Position numbers and translations under genes: made by a program
Assembly (NCBI GenBank): GCA_034932905.1
Contig: JAYFOF010000002.1
Coordinates: 70,074 to 134,073, forward strand
From: Erysipelotrichaceae bacterium
Lineage (GTDB): Bacteria; Bacillota_I; Bacilli_A; Erysipelotrichales; Erysipelotrichaceae
Reading direction: 5' to 3'
DNA: 64,000 bases
Notes under the pieces: model-generated
Told to the model about the DNA's origin: nothing
What the model saw: the letters and a program-made list of their open reading frames with translations, nothing else
The model's database searches: none
Part shown: piece by piece, positions 47,524 through 56,325 of the stretch
How the letters are laid out: every line of letters begins with the position of its first letter
How positions within the stretch are numbered: position 1 is the first letter of the stretch

Positions 47524-48186
47524 TTATTTACCAAATAATAAATTCAACTGATATTGTGCTTTATTATCCGCAAACGCTAGAATCAAATCATTTTTCATTA
47601 TCGCCGTCTCACCATGCGGAATTATGATTTCTTTACCGCGGCTGATGGAGATCAGGACAGCTGTCAACGGGATATCCAAATCCTTAATCTTTTTATTCAA
47701 AGCTTGGGACTCATTGGTAACATTAAACTGTACAATTGAAAAATCACTGCTGCTGATCTTCATCAGGGTCAGCATATTCTTCAAATCGAGTTCTTCAACA
47801 ACGATATGAGCAACTAAATCAGCTTGGTTAAGAGCAACATCAACTCCTTGGCTCTTGGTAAACAGCCAACTGTTTTTCGGATTATTGACACGCGCTATAA
47901 CGCGTGGCACCGCAAACTCAAACTTGGCGATTGTCGAAACAACCAGGTTTACTTCATCAGCTCCGCTGACGGCAACGACAACGTCGGTCTGCGAGATACC
48001 GCAGGCTTCCAAAACAGCCGGATCAGTGCCATTGCCATATACAACTGTGTCTTTCGGTAAATCACTCTTGAGTTTCTCAATGATATTTTCGCGATTATCG
48101 ACAATTTTTACAGCACAATGATTCTTTAAAAGCAGATCTGCAATATAAGCTCCGACTTGTCCGCCGCCGATAATTATTACTTTCAT
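47524..48186 (-). CDS. TrkA/KtrA-like RCK protein (TrkA-N plus TrkA-C)
   Basis: Rossmann motif IIGGGQVG and a C-terminal TrkA-C-like beta domain; 220 aa. Confidence 0.88.
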   Translation of the reverse strand: MKVIIIGGGQVGAYIADLLLKNHCAVKIVDNRENIIEKLKSDLPKDTVVYGNGTDPAVLEACGISQTDVVVAVSGADEVNLVVSTIAKFEFAVPRVIARVNNPKNSWLFTKSQGVDVALNQADLVAHIVVEELDLKNMLTLMKISSSDFSIVQFNVTNESQALNKKIKDLDIPLTAVLISISRGKEIIIPHGETAIMKNDLILAFADNKAQYQLNLLFGK

Positions 48187-48200
48187 ATTTGTCGCTCTCC

Positions 48201-48851
48201 TTAATCTAATCCCAATAATGACTTAAGTCGCTTGATTGACGAGGTCATTACGGAAATATAAATGATATCCTGTTTCTGCAACACCGTTCCCAACGTCGGC
48301 AGAAATGATTTATTATCGCGGCTGATGGCTGTGACTTGAAACTCACCGATTGCCAATACATCATTAACCGTTTTACCGATTAATAGTGAAGGGACTTCAA
48401 TTCGCACCATTTCTACGCTGCTGTCACCGATGCTCAAGACCGTATCCAGCTGGCTGTAACTGAGCAGTTCCAAAGCGCGAGCCACTCCCCATGAAGTAGT
48501 CGAAATTGTCTGGATACCGAAAGTTCGATAGATTTCCGCTTTACGCGGATCGTATAACCGCGAGATGACACGCGGCACCTTATAGATGTCTTTTGCGATC
48601 CGTGCGATCAAAGCATTCACTTCGTCACTTGTCGTGCAGGCAACGATCGCATCAACATAGCTGATTTTCGCTTTTTCCAGAATTTCTTTATCAAATCCAA
48701 TACCAATAACCTTATCACCGCTGAAATCAGAGCTGAGATGAAGCAAGGCATCTTCATCCTTGTCGATGACTGTTACTTGATTACCCTTCTTTGCAAGACT
48801 GTTGGCAAGTCCGGATCCCAACATCCCGCAACCAACAATTATAACTTTCAT
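48201..48851 (-). CDS. TrkA/KtrA-like RCK protein (TrkA-N plus TrkA-C), paralogue of the downstream gene
   Basis: Rossmann motif IVGCGMLG and a TrkA-C domain; 216 aa. The start lies 1 nt after the ATPase stop. Confidence 0.88.
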   Translation of the reverse strand: MKVIIVGCGMLGSGLANSLAKKGNQVTVIDKDEDALLHLSSDFSGDKVIGIGFDKEILEKAKISYVDAIVACTTSDEVNALIARIAKDIYKVPRVISRLYDPRKAEIYRTFGIQTISTTSWGVARALELLSYSQLDTVLSIGDSSVEMVRIEVPSLLIGKTVNDVLAIGEFQVTAISRDNKSFLPTLGTVLQKQDIIYISVMTSSIKRLKSLLGLD

Positions 48852-48852
48852 A

Positions 48853-51669
48853 TTAACTTACCTTCGCTTTCTTATTTAAATGGCGAGTCACTGCCTTGCG
48901 CAGTTCTTCAACCAAAACAATCGGAACCGGTAAACAGATCAGGAATAACCATTCTTTCATTCCCAGAGGAGCAGTATTAAAAATCTCCTGCAAAATCGGA
49001 GTGTAGATAATTGCTGACAGAAGCACAATCTCAAACACAATGCCAAAAACAACACGTTTATTTTTGAATAAGCCAGCTTTAATTACAGAGTAGTTGACTG
49101 TCCGGCAATTCATTACCATCCCAATCTGGCAGAAAACAATTGACGCCAAAGTCATCGTTGTTGCCATCCGATAAGTTACACCGGAACTGGCCAGCGGAAC
49201 AAGCGGCCAGCCATTCACATAATTGACATAGAAGTAAGCGGCCATACAAACTGCTGATTCAATCAAACCATACCACAAGAAGGCTTTGATAACTAAATCT
49301 TTGTTCAGCAGTTTATCGTTGGTTGAACGCGGAGGCTGATTCATTATCCCTGTTTCCGGCAATTCAGTGCCTAAACCAAGAGCCGGCATCATGTCCGTTC
49401 CCAAGTCAACTGCTAAAATCTGCATAACGGTTAAAGGCAGCGGTATGCCGCCGCGAGAAAATAGAAAAGCCGCTGAAGGAGCCGCTTCCGGCATATTACT
49501 GTTCAGAATATACAAAATGAACTTACGGATGTTACTGTAAACGGCACGGCCTTCTTCAATCGCCGTAACGATTGAGGCAAAATTATCATCAGTTAAAATC
49601 ATATCCGCAGCTTCTTTGGCTACATCTGTTCCGGAGATTCCCATCGCAATACCGATATCGGCTTTCTTTAAAGCCGGCGAATCATTGACACCGTCACCGG
49701 TGACCGCAACAATTTCGTTCATCTCCTGCAGATTACAAACAACACGGTATTTTTGTTCAGGAGCGACACGAGCAAAAATAATCTCATCTTTTAATGCTGT
49801 TTTCAGCTCCTGATCACTCATTTTTTCTAATTCACTGCCGGAAACAACGCGTGGGTGTTCGCTTTTAACGATGCCGATACGCTTCGCTATACTTTCCGCT
49901 GTCAGGCCATAGTCGCCGGTAATCATAATAATCCGAATCTTGGCAGCATGACATAGTGCCACAGCGTCAGCTACTTCCGGTCTCGGCGGATCAGCCATGG
50001 CAATCAAACCAATGAAAGTCAGATTGCTTTCAACTAATTCCGGAGTATATTGACTTAAGCTCTTAGGCAGATTACTATTCCGATTGATCAGCCGTTGTGC
50101 GATAGCCAGTACTCGCAAACCTTTACGGGCATATTGGTCATTAGCTTCAATAATCGCATCACGCTGTGTTTCACTCAGTGGAGTGATTTGACCATTCTTA
50201 AGCTGACTGCTACATAATTCCAAAACTTCTTTCGGTGCTCCCTTAACATAGGCAATCATCTGACTGTCATCAACCGGCTTATCAAGCTGATGAATCGTTG
50301 TCATCCGCTTACGGCGGGAATCAAACGGCAATTCTCTTAAGCGCGGTGTAACCGCCGCTTGCTGGTCAGGATCGATGCCTGCTTTCTTCGCTGCTACGCC
50401 AAGACAGGCTTCAGTCGGATCACCTAGTACGGTATAACGGTTATTATCAGCAGTCGGCGGCAACAACCGCGCATTGCTGCACAGACTGGCTGCGGTCAGC
50501 AAGGCCCGCAAATCTTCATGATTACTGGCATTGAGTGGTTGATTATCCCATAAGATCTGACCTTTCGGTTCATAACCGAGCCCTGTTACCTTTAAATTCT
50601 GTCCGCTTAACCATAAATCACTGACCGTCATTTCATTCTGTGTCAAAGTCCCGGTCTTATCTGAACAAATAACGGAAGTGCAACCCAGTGTTTCGACAGC
50701 CGAAAGTCTTTTGACTAAAGCATGTTCTTTCGCCATTCGCTGTACAGCCATTGCTAATGACAAAGTCACGGTTGGCAGTAATCCTTCCGGAATAAAAGCA
50801 ACAACCATCCCTAGGGCAAAGATAAAAGATTTGCCGAGCGGTTCCTTGACGAAAAAAACAGCAGCTAACAAAAAGAAGATTCCAAAACCAATTGCAATGA
50901 ACGATACCTGTCGTGTTAAAATATCGAGCTCTTTTTGGAGCGGGCTCTGTTCTTCTTCCATATTCTGAGTCAGCGATGCTATTTTGCCGAATTCCGTATT
51001 CATGCCGATTGAAGTTACAATCGCTTTGGCAGTACCGCTGGACACACTGGTGCCGGTAAAAATCAGATTGGGAGTTTCCGGACGGCTCAATCCTTCCGTC
51101 AGAACCGCTTCATGCGTCTTTCGGACCGGATTCGATTCTCCGGTTAAGGTAGACTGATTAACCTGAAAATCACTGCTATCCAATAACCGGGCATCAGCTG
51201 ATATCTTGTCACCTTCCTGCAGCAGAATAATATCCCCGGGAACTAACTCTTCCGCATGTAACTGCTGTTCCTGGTTATTACGAATAACACGGGTATATGA
51301 AGGCAACATATTCTTTAACGCTTCTGTCGCTTTACTGGCACGGAATTCCTGCCAAAAGCTAAAGACACCATTAATAACGTTAACTAACCAAACAGCGATG
51401 CCTAATTCCGGCATTTCCGCAATAATCGCAACAATGCCGCCAATCCACAGCAAAATAGCCATCAGACTGGTAAAATTCGACAGAAAAATCAAAATAATCG
51501 GTTTTCCCCTCTTCTCACTGATAACATTCTTGCCAATCGCTGCTTGGATGGTTTCTACTTGTGAATCGGACAATCCCCCCGGTTGCGAGTTCAAAGCTTC
51601 ATAAACCATCTTCTGATCTAATTTATAAATATCTTCGATTTTAAAACTGAATTCTTTTTTTTCTGACAT
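48853..51669 (-). CDS. Cation-translocating P-type ATPase, P2 type with Na,K-ATPase-like (P2C-like) ion-site motifs
   Basis: DKTGTLT, TGES and GDGVNDSPALKKADIG. TM4 is IPEGLLPTVT, TM5 is YILNSNMPEAAP and TM6 is AVDLGTDMMPALGLG. Confidence 0.93.
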   Translation of the reverse strand: MSEKKEFSFKIEDIYKLDQKMVYEALNSQPGGLSDSQVETIQAAIGKNVISEKRGKPIILIFLSNFTSLMAILLWIGGIVAIIAEMPELGIAVWLVNVINGVFSFWQEFRASKATEALKNMLPSYTRVIRNNQEQQLHAEELVPGDIILLQEGDKISADARLLDSSDFQVNQSTLTGESNPVRKTHEAVLTEGLSRPETPNLIFTGTSVSSGTAKAIVTSIGMNTEFGKIASLTQNMEEEQSPLQKELDILTRQVSFIAIGFGIFFLLAAVFFVKEPLGKSFIFALGMVVAFIPEGLLPTVTLSLAMAVQRMAKEHALVKRLSAVETLGCTSVICSDKTGTLTQNEMTVSDLWLSGQNLKVTGLGYEPKGQILWDNQPLNASNHEDLRALLTAASLCSNARLLPPTADNNRYTVLGDPTEACLGVAAKKAGIDPDQQAAVTPRLRELPFDSRRKRMTTIHQLDKPVDDSQMIAYVKGAPKEVLELCSSQLKNGQITPLSETQRDAIIEANDQYARKGLRVLAIAQRLINRNSNLPKSLSQYTPELVESNLTFIGLIAMADPPRPEVADAVALCHAAKIRIIMITGDYGLTAESIAKRIGIVKSEHPRVVSGSELEKMSDQELKTALKDEIIFARVAPEQKYRVVCNLQEMNEIVAVTGDGVNDSPALKKADIGIAMGISGTDVAKEAADMILTDDNFASIVTAIEEGRAVYSNIRKFILYILNSNMPEAAPSAAFLFSRGGIPLPLTVMQILAVDLGTDMMPALGLGTELPETGIMNQPPRSTNDKLLNKDLVIKAFLWYGLIESAVCMAAYFYVNYVNGWPLVPLASSGVTYRMATTMTLASIVFCQIGMVMNCRTVNYSVIKAGLFKNKRVVFGIVFEIVLLSAIIYTPILQEIFNTAPLGMKEWLFLICLPVPIVLVEELRKAVTRHLNKKAKVS

Positions 51670-52041
51670 ATAATGCCTCTTCTGCAGGTCATATCACTAA
51701 GGGTAAATGACCAGCTATATCTTAGCACTTAGTTTTTAAATTTCAATACATTTCATTCAAAGCTCAATCTTCGCTTTGACATTGTTTGAGTTAAGCGCTT
51801 TGAATAGTATTTATTTCTTCACCCCGTCCGCAAGCCAGCGAATAACTGGTCTCAATTTTGAAGATACGGTGTATTACGTAGCTATATTGTGGCATGCTCA
51901 GCATTATACTCTTGAAGCAACCTAATATTTATATCGTTAATGGCTGTTGTCTGCATACCTTAATTCTCGTTCGCAGTCCAATAATTCTAAACATATAAAA
52001 TAATCAACGCGCCTTTAGTACAAACTACGCTAGATCCACAC

Positions 52042-52086
52042 AGGCTTAATTTGTGAGCTGAAAAACAATTCGGCTCAAGCCTTTTT
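52042..52086 (+). terminator. Plus-strand intrinsic-terminator-like hairpin inside the ORF-free region
   Basis: AGGCTT aatttgt GAGC ...loop... GCTC AAGCCT followed by TTTTT. No plus-strand gene is visible upstream. Confidence 0.4.
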
Positions 52087-52736
52087 CCTGGCTGATATAC
52101 ATTTTTTTAATAAAAGCCCTGACTTCAAACACTAAATTTCAACTCATATTTACCATTCTTATATAACATATTATATTTATTCATATCTATTGCGTTCGAC
52201 AGAACAAGCTTCAGAAATATTACTATTTATTTATGACGATCTTCACGATTAACACAGTGCCTGTATAGTTGTCTGAAGGAGGTTTGTTATTGAACATTAT
52301 GAAGAAGAGCTGGTGTTCCGTTGACGCTATTCTTTCGAAATCAAATCAAATACACCGTGCTTTATTCAACGAACTATCATTTCTTCATTACTAATAGCCA
52401 GCAGTGATCAGATAAGCAATAAAGCAGCCAATCCCTTTCGTATTTAGCAATACAGTAATCTCAACAGCGATAACTGATTGAAGAAATAAAAACCAATTGA
52501 TCATCAATCGGCCTGGTAATTCGATTACTTGAATTTTGTTTGCTCATAATTATATGGGATACCGGAGCCAACACTTACATCTTCAATCTTGGTTAGAATC
52601 AGCCAGTCAGCCATGTTACCTTGATGATAAAATCAGCGGACTAAAAATGGTTGCCAGTCACTACAAATCAGCCTTATCTTTTAAACATTGAATAACTTAT
52701 CTAAGCAGAGATCTTCGCTCCGCTATCGTTCATAAT

Positions 52737-52812
52737 TGGCGTGCCCGACAGGAATCGAACCTGCAACCCTTTGAATCGGAATCAAATACGCTATCCGTTG
52801 CGCCACGGGCAC
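52737..52812 (-). tRNA. tRNA-Arg (anticodon CCG), CCA encoded
   Basis: The minus strand reads GTGCCCGTGGCGCAACGGATAGCGTATTTGATTCCGATTCAAAGGGTTGCAGGTTCGATTCCTGTCGGGCACGCCA. The hand-folded cloverleaf has the anticodon loop TTCCGAT. Confidence 0.95.
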
Positions 52813-52822
52813 GTGTACTAAT

Positions 52823-52851
52823 ATTCTAACCTAACTTACCGGCTATCGCAA
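52823..52851 (-). promoter_or_regulatory. Sigma-A-type promoter for tRNA-Arg(CCG)
   Basis: Minus strand TTGCGA-17 nt-TAGAAT, about 10 nt upstream of the tRNA 5' end. Confidence 0.55.
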
Positions 52852-52859
52852 GAGCAGAA

Positions 52860-52890
52860 TAAAAAAAGAGAGCATCAGCTGATGCTCTCT
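52860..52890 (-). terminator. Intrinsic terminator after gapA
   Basis: AGAGAGCATC agct GATGCTCTCT, a perfect 10-bp stem, with a T7 run on the minus strand. Confidence 0.88.
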
Positions 52891-52909
52891 TGACTAGAAT
52901 AAAATAGAT

Positions 52910-53923
52910 TTACTTAACTTTTTCAGCTAAGTATCTGATGGTACGAACCATCTGGCTGGTATAACCGTTTTCGTTGTCATACCAAGCAACAACTTGAACC
53001 TGATATGTATCATCATCAATCTTAGCCACCATTGTCTGAGTGGCATCAAACATTGAACCGACAGTTGTTCCAATGATATCACTGGATACTAATTCTTCTT
53101 CCGTATAGCCGAAGGATTCCGTTTCAGCAGCTTTCATCGCAGCATTGATTGCCGCTTTAGTAACATCTTTACCCTTAACAACGGCAATTAAGATCGTTGT
53201 AGAACCGGTAATCGTCGGAACGCGCTGAGCAGAACCAATCAATTTGCCATTTAATTCCGGGATTACTAAACCAATAGCTTTTGCAGCGCCGGTTGAGTTC
53301 GGAACGATATTCGCCGCAGCAGCACGAGCACGACGGAAGTCGCCTTTACGATGCGGGCCATCCTGAGTCATCTGATCACCGGTGTAAGCATGAACAGTCG
53401 TCATGATACCGGTCTGAATCGGAGCGTAGTCATTAAGCGCTTTAGCCATCGGAGCTAAGCAGTTTGTCGTACAGCTGGCAGCTGATACAATTTTATCTTC
53501 CGGTTTTAAAATCTTGTGGTTAACATTGTAAACAACGGTCGGAAGATCATTGCCGGCCGGAGCGGAAATAACAACCTTCTTGGCACCGGCATTGATATGA
53601 GCCATTGCCTTGTCTTTTGAAGTATAGAAACCAGTGCATTCCAATACAACATCAACATCTAAACTACCCCACGGCAATTTATTAGCATCAGCTTCCTTGT
53701 AAATCTTGATTTCTTTTCCATCAACAACGATAGAATCCTCTGTTGCGACAACTTCATGACCGAATCTTCCTTGAGCTGAGTCATATTTCAACAAGTGTGC
53801 AAGCATATCTGGAGCTGTTAAGTCATTGATTGCAACAACTTCGTAACCGTCTGCAACAAACATCTGTCTGAACGCTAAACGGCCGATACGTCCAAAACCA
53901 TTAATAGCAACTTTTACTGTCAT
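52910..53923 (-). CDS. gapA: Glyceraldehyde-3-phosphate dehydrogenase
   Basis: [15 protein letters not shown] and the active site [12 protein letters not shown]. Start set at MTVKV with RBS AGGAGGA; the track's extra 9 residues lie upstream of that RBS. Confidence 0.96.
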   Translation of the reverse strand: MTVKVAINGFGRIGRLAFRQMFVADGYEVVAINDLTAPDMLAHLLKYDSAQGRFGHEVVATEDSIVVDGKEIKIYKEADANKLPWGSLDVDVVLECTGFYTSKDKAMAHINAGAKKVVISAPAGNDLPTVVYNVNHKILKPEDKIVSAASCTTNCLAPMAKALNDYAPIQTGIMTTVHAYTGDQMTQDGPHRKGDFRRARAAAANIVPNSTGAAKAIGLVIPELNGKLIGSAQRVPTITGSTTILIAVVKGKDVTKAAINAAMKAAETESFGYTEEELVSSDIIGTTVGSMFDATQTMVAKIDDDTYQVQVVAWYDNENGYTSQMVRTIRYLAEKVK

Positions 53924-53948
53924 AAAAAATCCTCCTATTGACATATTC

Positions 53949-53977
53949 ATTATAAGGAAGTTACACTAAAAAGTCAA
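53949..53977 (-). promoter_or_regulatory. Sigma-A-type promoter of gapA
   Basis: Minus strand TTGACT-17 nt-TATAAT, 26 nt upstream of the ATG. Confidence 0.65.
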
Positions 53978-54010
53978 TTGTGAATTAATTATCACATTCA
54001 CGCAATTGAC
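53973..54010. promoter_or_regulatory. 38-bp imperfect palindrome overlapping the gapA -35 box (candidate operator)
   Basis: GTCAATTGTGAAT taattatcac ATTCAC(gc)AATTGAC. Confidence 0.45.
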
Positions 54011-54054
54011 ACTTTACGGTCGTCGAATTTATCGGATACCAATCCTGTTAATAA

Positions 54055-54540
54055 TCATATCCGATTGTCATCGCACCCTTTTTTTTCGAGCATCGTCATC
54101 CACAAAACATCATTGATCAAGAAATCCTTTATAATAACAAAACCGCATTTCTGATATAGCCGCAGTGCCGGTTCATTCAACTTGCCGGTGCTGACCCTGA
54201 ACGCATGATGATTCGGGTTATGACGATCAAGATAAGTTAACAGCTGTGTCCCGATGCCTTGTCTAAAACTTAAAGGATTAACAATCAGCCGGTTGATGAT
54301 TAGACAGTCATTGATCAGCTCATAAGCTAAAACACCGTTCAGCTGATCACCATCATAATAGCCGATAAAGGACTCTTTGGAACTCATCAGCGCTTCTTTA
54401 GTCTCGAACAGTGCCGGAATTCCCGGATAATCGATCAGTTCAGCTTCTACCTGATAAGCCGCTTTTTGAATAATCAGCACTTCTTCAGCTAAAAAGCTGT
54501 CTGAGAGATCTAAAGCAACAACCATACTAGTATTCTTCAT
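54055..54540 (-). CDS. GNAT-family N-acetyltransferase
   Basis: 161 aa with the acetyl-CoA motif A LIVNPLSFRQGIGTQLL and the motif B region YQKCGF. Confidence 0.85.
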   Translation of the reverse strand: MKNTSMVVALDLSDSFLAEEVLIIQKAAYQVEAELIDYPGIPALFETKEALMSSKESFIGYYDGDQLNGVLAYELINDCLIINRLIVNPLSFRQGIGTQLLTYLDRHNPNHHAFRVSTGKLNEPALRLYQKCGFVIIKDFLINDVLWMTMLEKKGCDDNRI

Positions 54541-55432
54541 TGAAGTTCACCGGTTTACCGCTCATTCTAAAGGCTTCAGAGACGGATTTGATATCACTGC
54601 CATATAATCTGTTGAACAGTTCAAGATCATTCATCCTAACCATTAATTGATCATTGGTGTTGTAAATTGCCGTTGGAATAATCCTGGCCAAGTTCTCACC
54701 GGCTGATAAGGTAAATTTTATAACCCGCGCTTGATTCAAGACATAACTCAGCAGTTTCAGCAAAGCTCCGGAATTCAAATAAATTATTTCTTTGATCTCC
54801 AGCGGATCCGTTTTTGGATCATAAATCAGATAACCTTCTAAATCATTCTGCCGATTAAAACAGCCAATCAGTTTTCTTCCGGTTGCACTGATTTCTTGGA
54901 GCTTATTTTGATAATAGTCCTTGTCACGATGGCGGTAACCATCAAAGTAACACATAAAATGCTGGTATAGATTCGTCAGTTCGCCGATCGGCACATCCGC
55001 CGTGATTCCGAACTGCGAATAGACCGGCAGCTGATTTCGTGATAAAAGATAACTCTTTCGCTGGTAAATATTATGAAAATCCCAACTTATAAAAGGCTGA
55101 GCATCAGCACAGCTGATAAATGTTAGCAGGTCATTATAAATCATTTCTTCCATTACTTCGCTGATCATCGTTTCAGTATAATTCAGTGAACGATATTCGT
55201 AAGCTGTAAACAAAAAATTCAGATAACTGACATTGATCTTTTTCCCATTCAGCCATACCGGATGCCGGTGAACGGCAAGCGTAGATACTATCGCCGTATT
55301 ATCTTTTATTACATAGGTATTAAAAGGCTTGAAGACACTAGTAAAATAATGAGCCACGAATTGCGGACTGTATGTTTTCGCATATAATTCCTGCAGACCT
55401 CTGATATCATTTTCCTGTGCCTTCTTGATCAT
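54527..55432 (-). CDS. GNAT-like two-domain protein (Eis-like architecture suspected) with a degenerate acetyl-CoA loop
   Basis: 301 aa. The N-terminal layout is GNAT-like, but the R/Q-x-x-G-x-G/A position reads AYEYRSLNY. The assignment rests on overall pattern only. Confidence 0.4.
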   Translation of the reverse strand: MIKKAQENDIRGLQELYAKTYSPQFVAHYFTSVFKPFNTYVIKDNTAIVSTLAVHRHPVWLNGKKINVSYLNFLFTAYEYRSLNYTETMISEVMEEMIYNDLLTFISCADAQPFISWDFHNIYQRKSYLLSRNQLPVYSQFGITADVPIGELTNLYQHFMCYFDGYRHRDKDYYQNKLQEISATGRKLIGCFNRQNDLEGYLIYDPKTDPLEIKEIIYLNSGALLKLLSYVLNQARVIKFTLSAGENLARIIPTAIYNTNDQLMVRMNDLELFNRLYGSDIKSVSEAFRMSGKPVNFNEEY

Positions 55433-55435
55433 AAC

Positions 55436-56323
55436 CTATCCTTTCATGATGAACTTCTCAATCATAAAGACGGGATTATAAGCCATTTTCGCTTGACGCA
55501 AGTTGTCCTTACCCATATCATCCTCGCGATTGAGATAGGGAAGGTCCATAAAATTACGCAGAAGAAATTCTTTTAAAATTGCTTGATAAAGCCCTCTTAT
55601 CTTCTCATCAGCCTTTTCAACATTAATCTGTCCCATACGCGATGATAGTTTACTGCCGATAATAAACGACCTGACACATCCGTCGATCCGGATCAATCCG
55701 CCGTAAACCGGCAGTTGATTCCAGTTATCAAACAGCCGTTCAATCCCGGCACTTTCATGAACCAGGTACTCATCATAGTAATCTTCGCGCCAATCATCAA
55801 GATAGTCCCGGCAATCTTCAATATTACTTTGATCAATTATTTCATAGGTAAACCGCTCACCATATTCATTATAAAATGCATTCAGATTATTCCGCTTCTT
55901 TTGAAGTTTTTTTCCGCTGAAAGTCCTTAGTTTTTCCGTTTCATAGACATAATCATCAATATCCGTGTAAGCTGCGAAGCGATACAGCGAATCATGTTCC
56001 TGCAGCATCCGGACATAATCTTTGGTGTAACAATTTAGAATAACCGGTTTATGCAGTTCGTGAAAAATCTGCCGGATTTTATCAACCGCTTTAATAAAAT
56101 CGCTGCGCTGGCAAAGCGGCATGTAAGCAAAAGTTACATCTTTAAACTCGCAGATCAAAATCATCATGTCGGCATCATGCCATTGATATAATTTAAAAAA
56201 ATCCATCCAGATCAGCATGTTAATAATATTATGATTACTCTCTTCATAATCCGTCTTCTTAAGATATTTATTAATCAATTCAAAATCACTAAGCACGACC
56301 GGTTTTAGACAATCAACATCCAT
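55436..56323 (-). CDS. Stand-alone DUF2156 protein (homologous to the C-terminal aminoacyl-lipid synthase domain of MprF/LysX)
   Basis: FSGKKLQKKRNNLNAF, INVEKAD and LNREDDMGKDNLRQAKMAYNP match my memory of the DUF2156 / LPG_synthase_C pattern. No TM region is present. Confidence 0.7.
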   Translation of the reverse strand: MDVDCLKPVVLSDFELINKYLKKTDYEESNHNIINMLIWMDFFKLYQWHDADMMILICEFKDVTFAYMPLCQRSDFIKAVDKIRQIFHELHKPVILNCYTKDYVRMLQEHDSLYRFAAYTDIDDYVYETEKLRTFSGKKLQKKRNNLNAFYNEYGERFTYEIIDQSNIEDCRDYLDDWREDYYDEYLVHESAGIERLFDNWNQLPVYGGLIRIDGCVRSFIIGSKLSSRMGQINVEKADEKIRGLYQAILKEFLLRNFMDLPYLNREDDMGKDNLRQAKMAYNPVFMIEKFIMKG

Positions 56324-56325
56324 AC

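Noticed and set aside
51670-51960. c-di-AMP (ydaO-type), Mn2+ (yybP-ykoY) or Mg2+ (M-box) riboswitch upstream of the cation ATPase
   Set aside because: Only a partial resemblance is present: minus-strand ACGGGGTGAA around 51822..51831. The other conserved blocks I remember are absent (GGGGACCCA and CCGAACCCG..AGCTAAC for ydaO; GGGGAGTAG for yybP). No call is made.
52190-52210. TTGCGTTCGACAGAACAAGC as a possible degenerate copy of the tRNA-Arg(CCG) 3' end (TGGCGTGCCCGACAGGAATCG), which would mark an old att site
   Set aside because: The match needs two gaps and several mismatches over about 20 nt, so it is too weak to distinguish from chance in AT-rich DNA.
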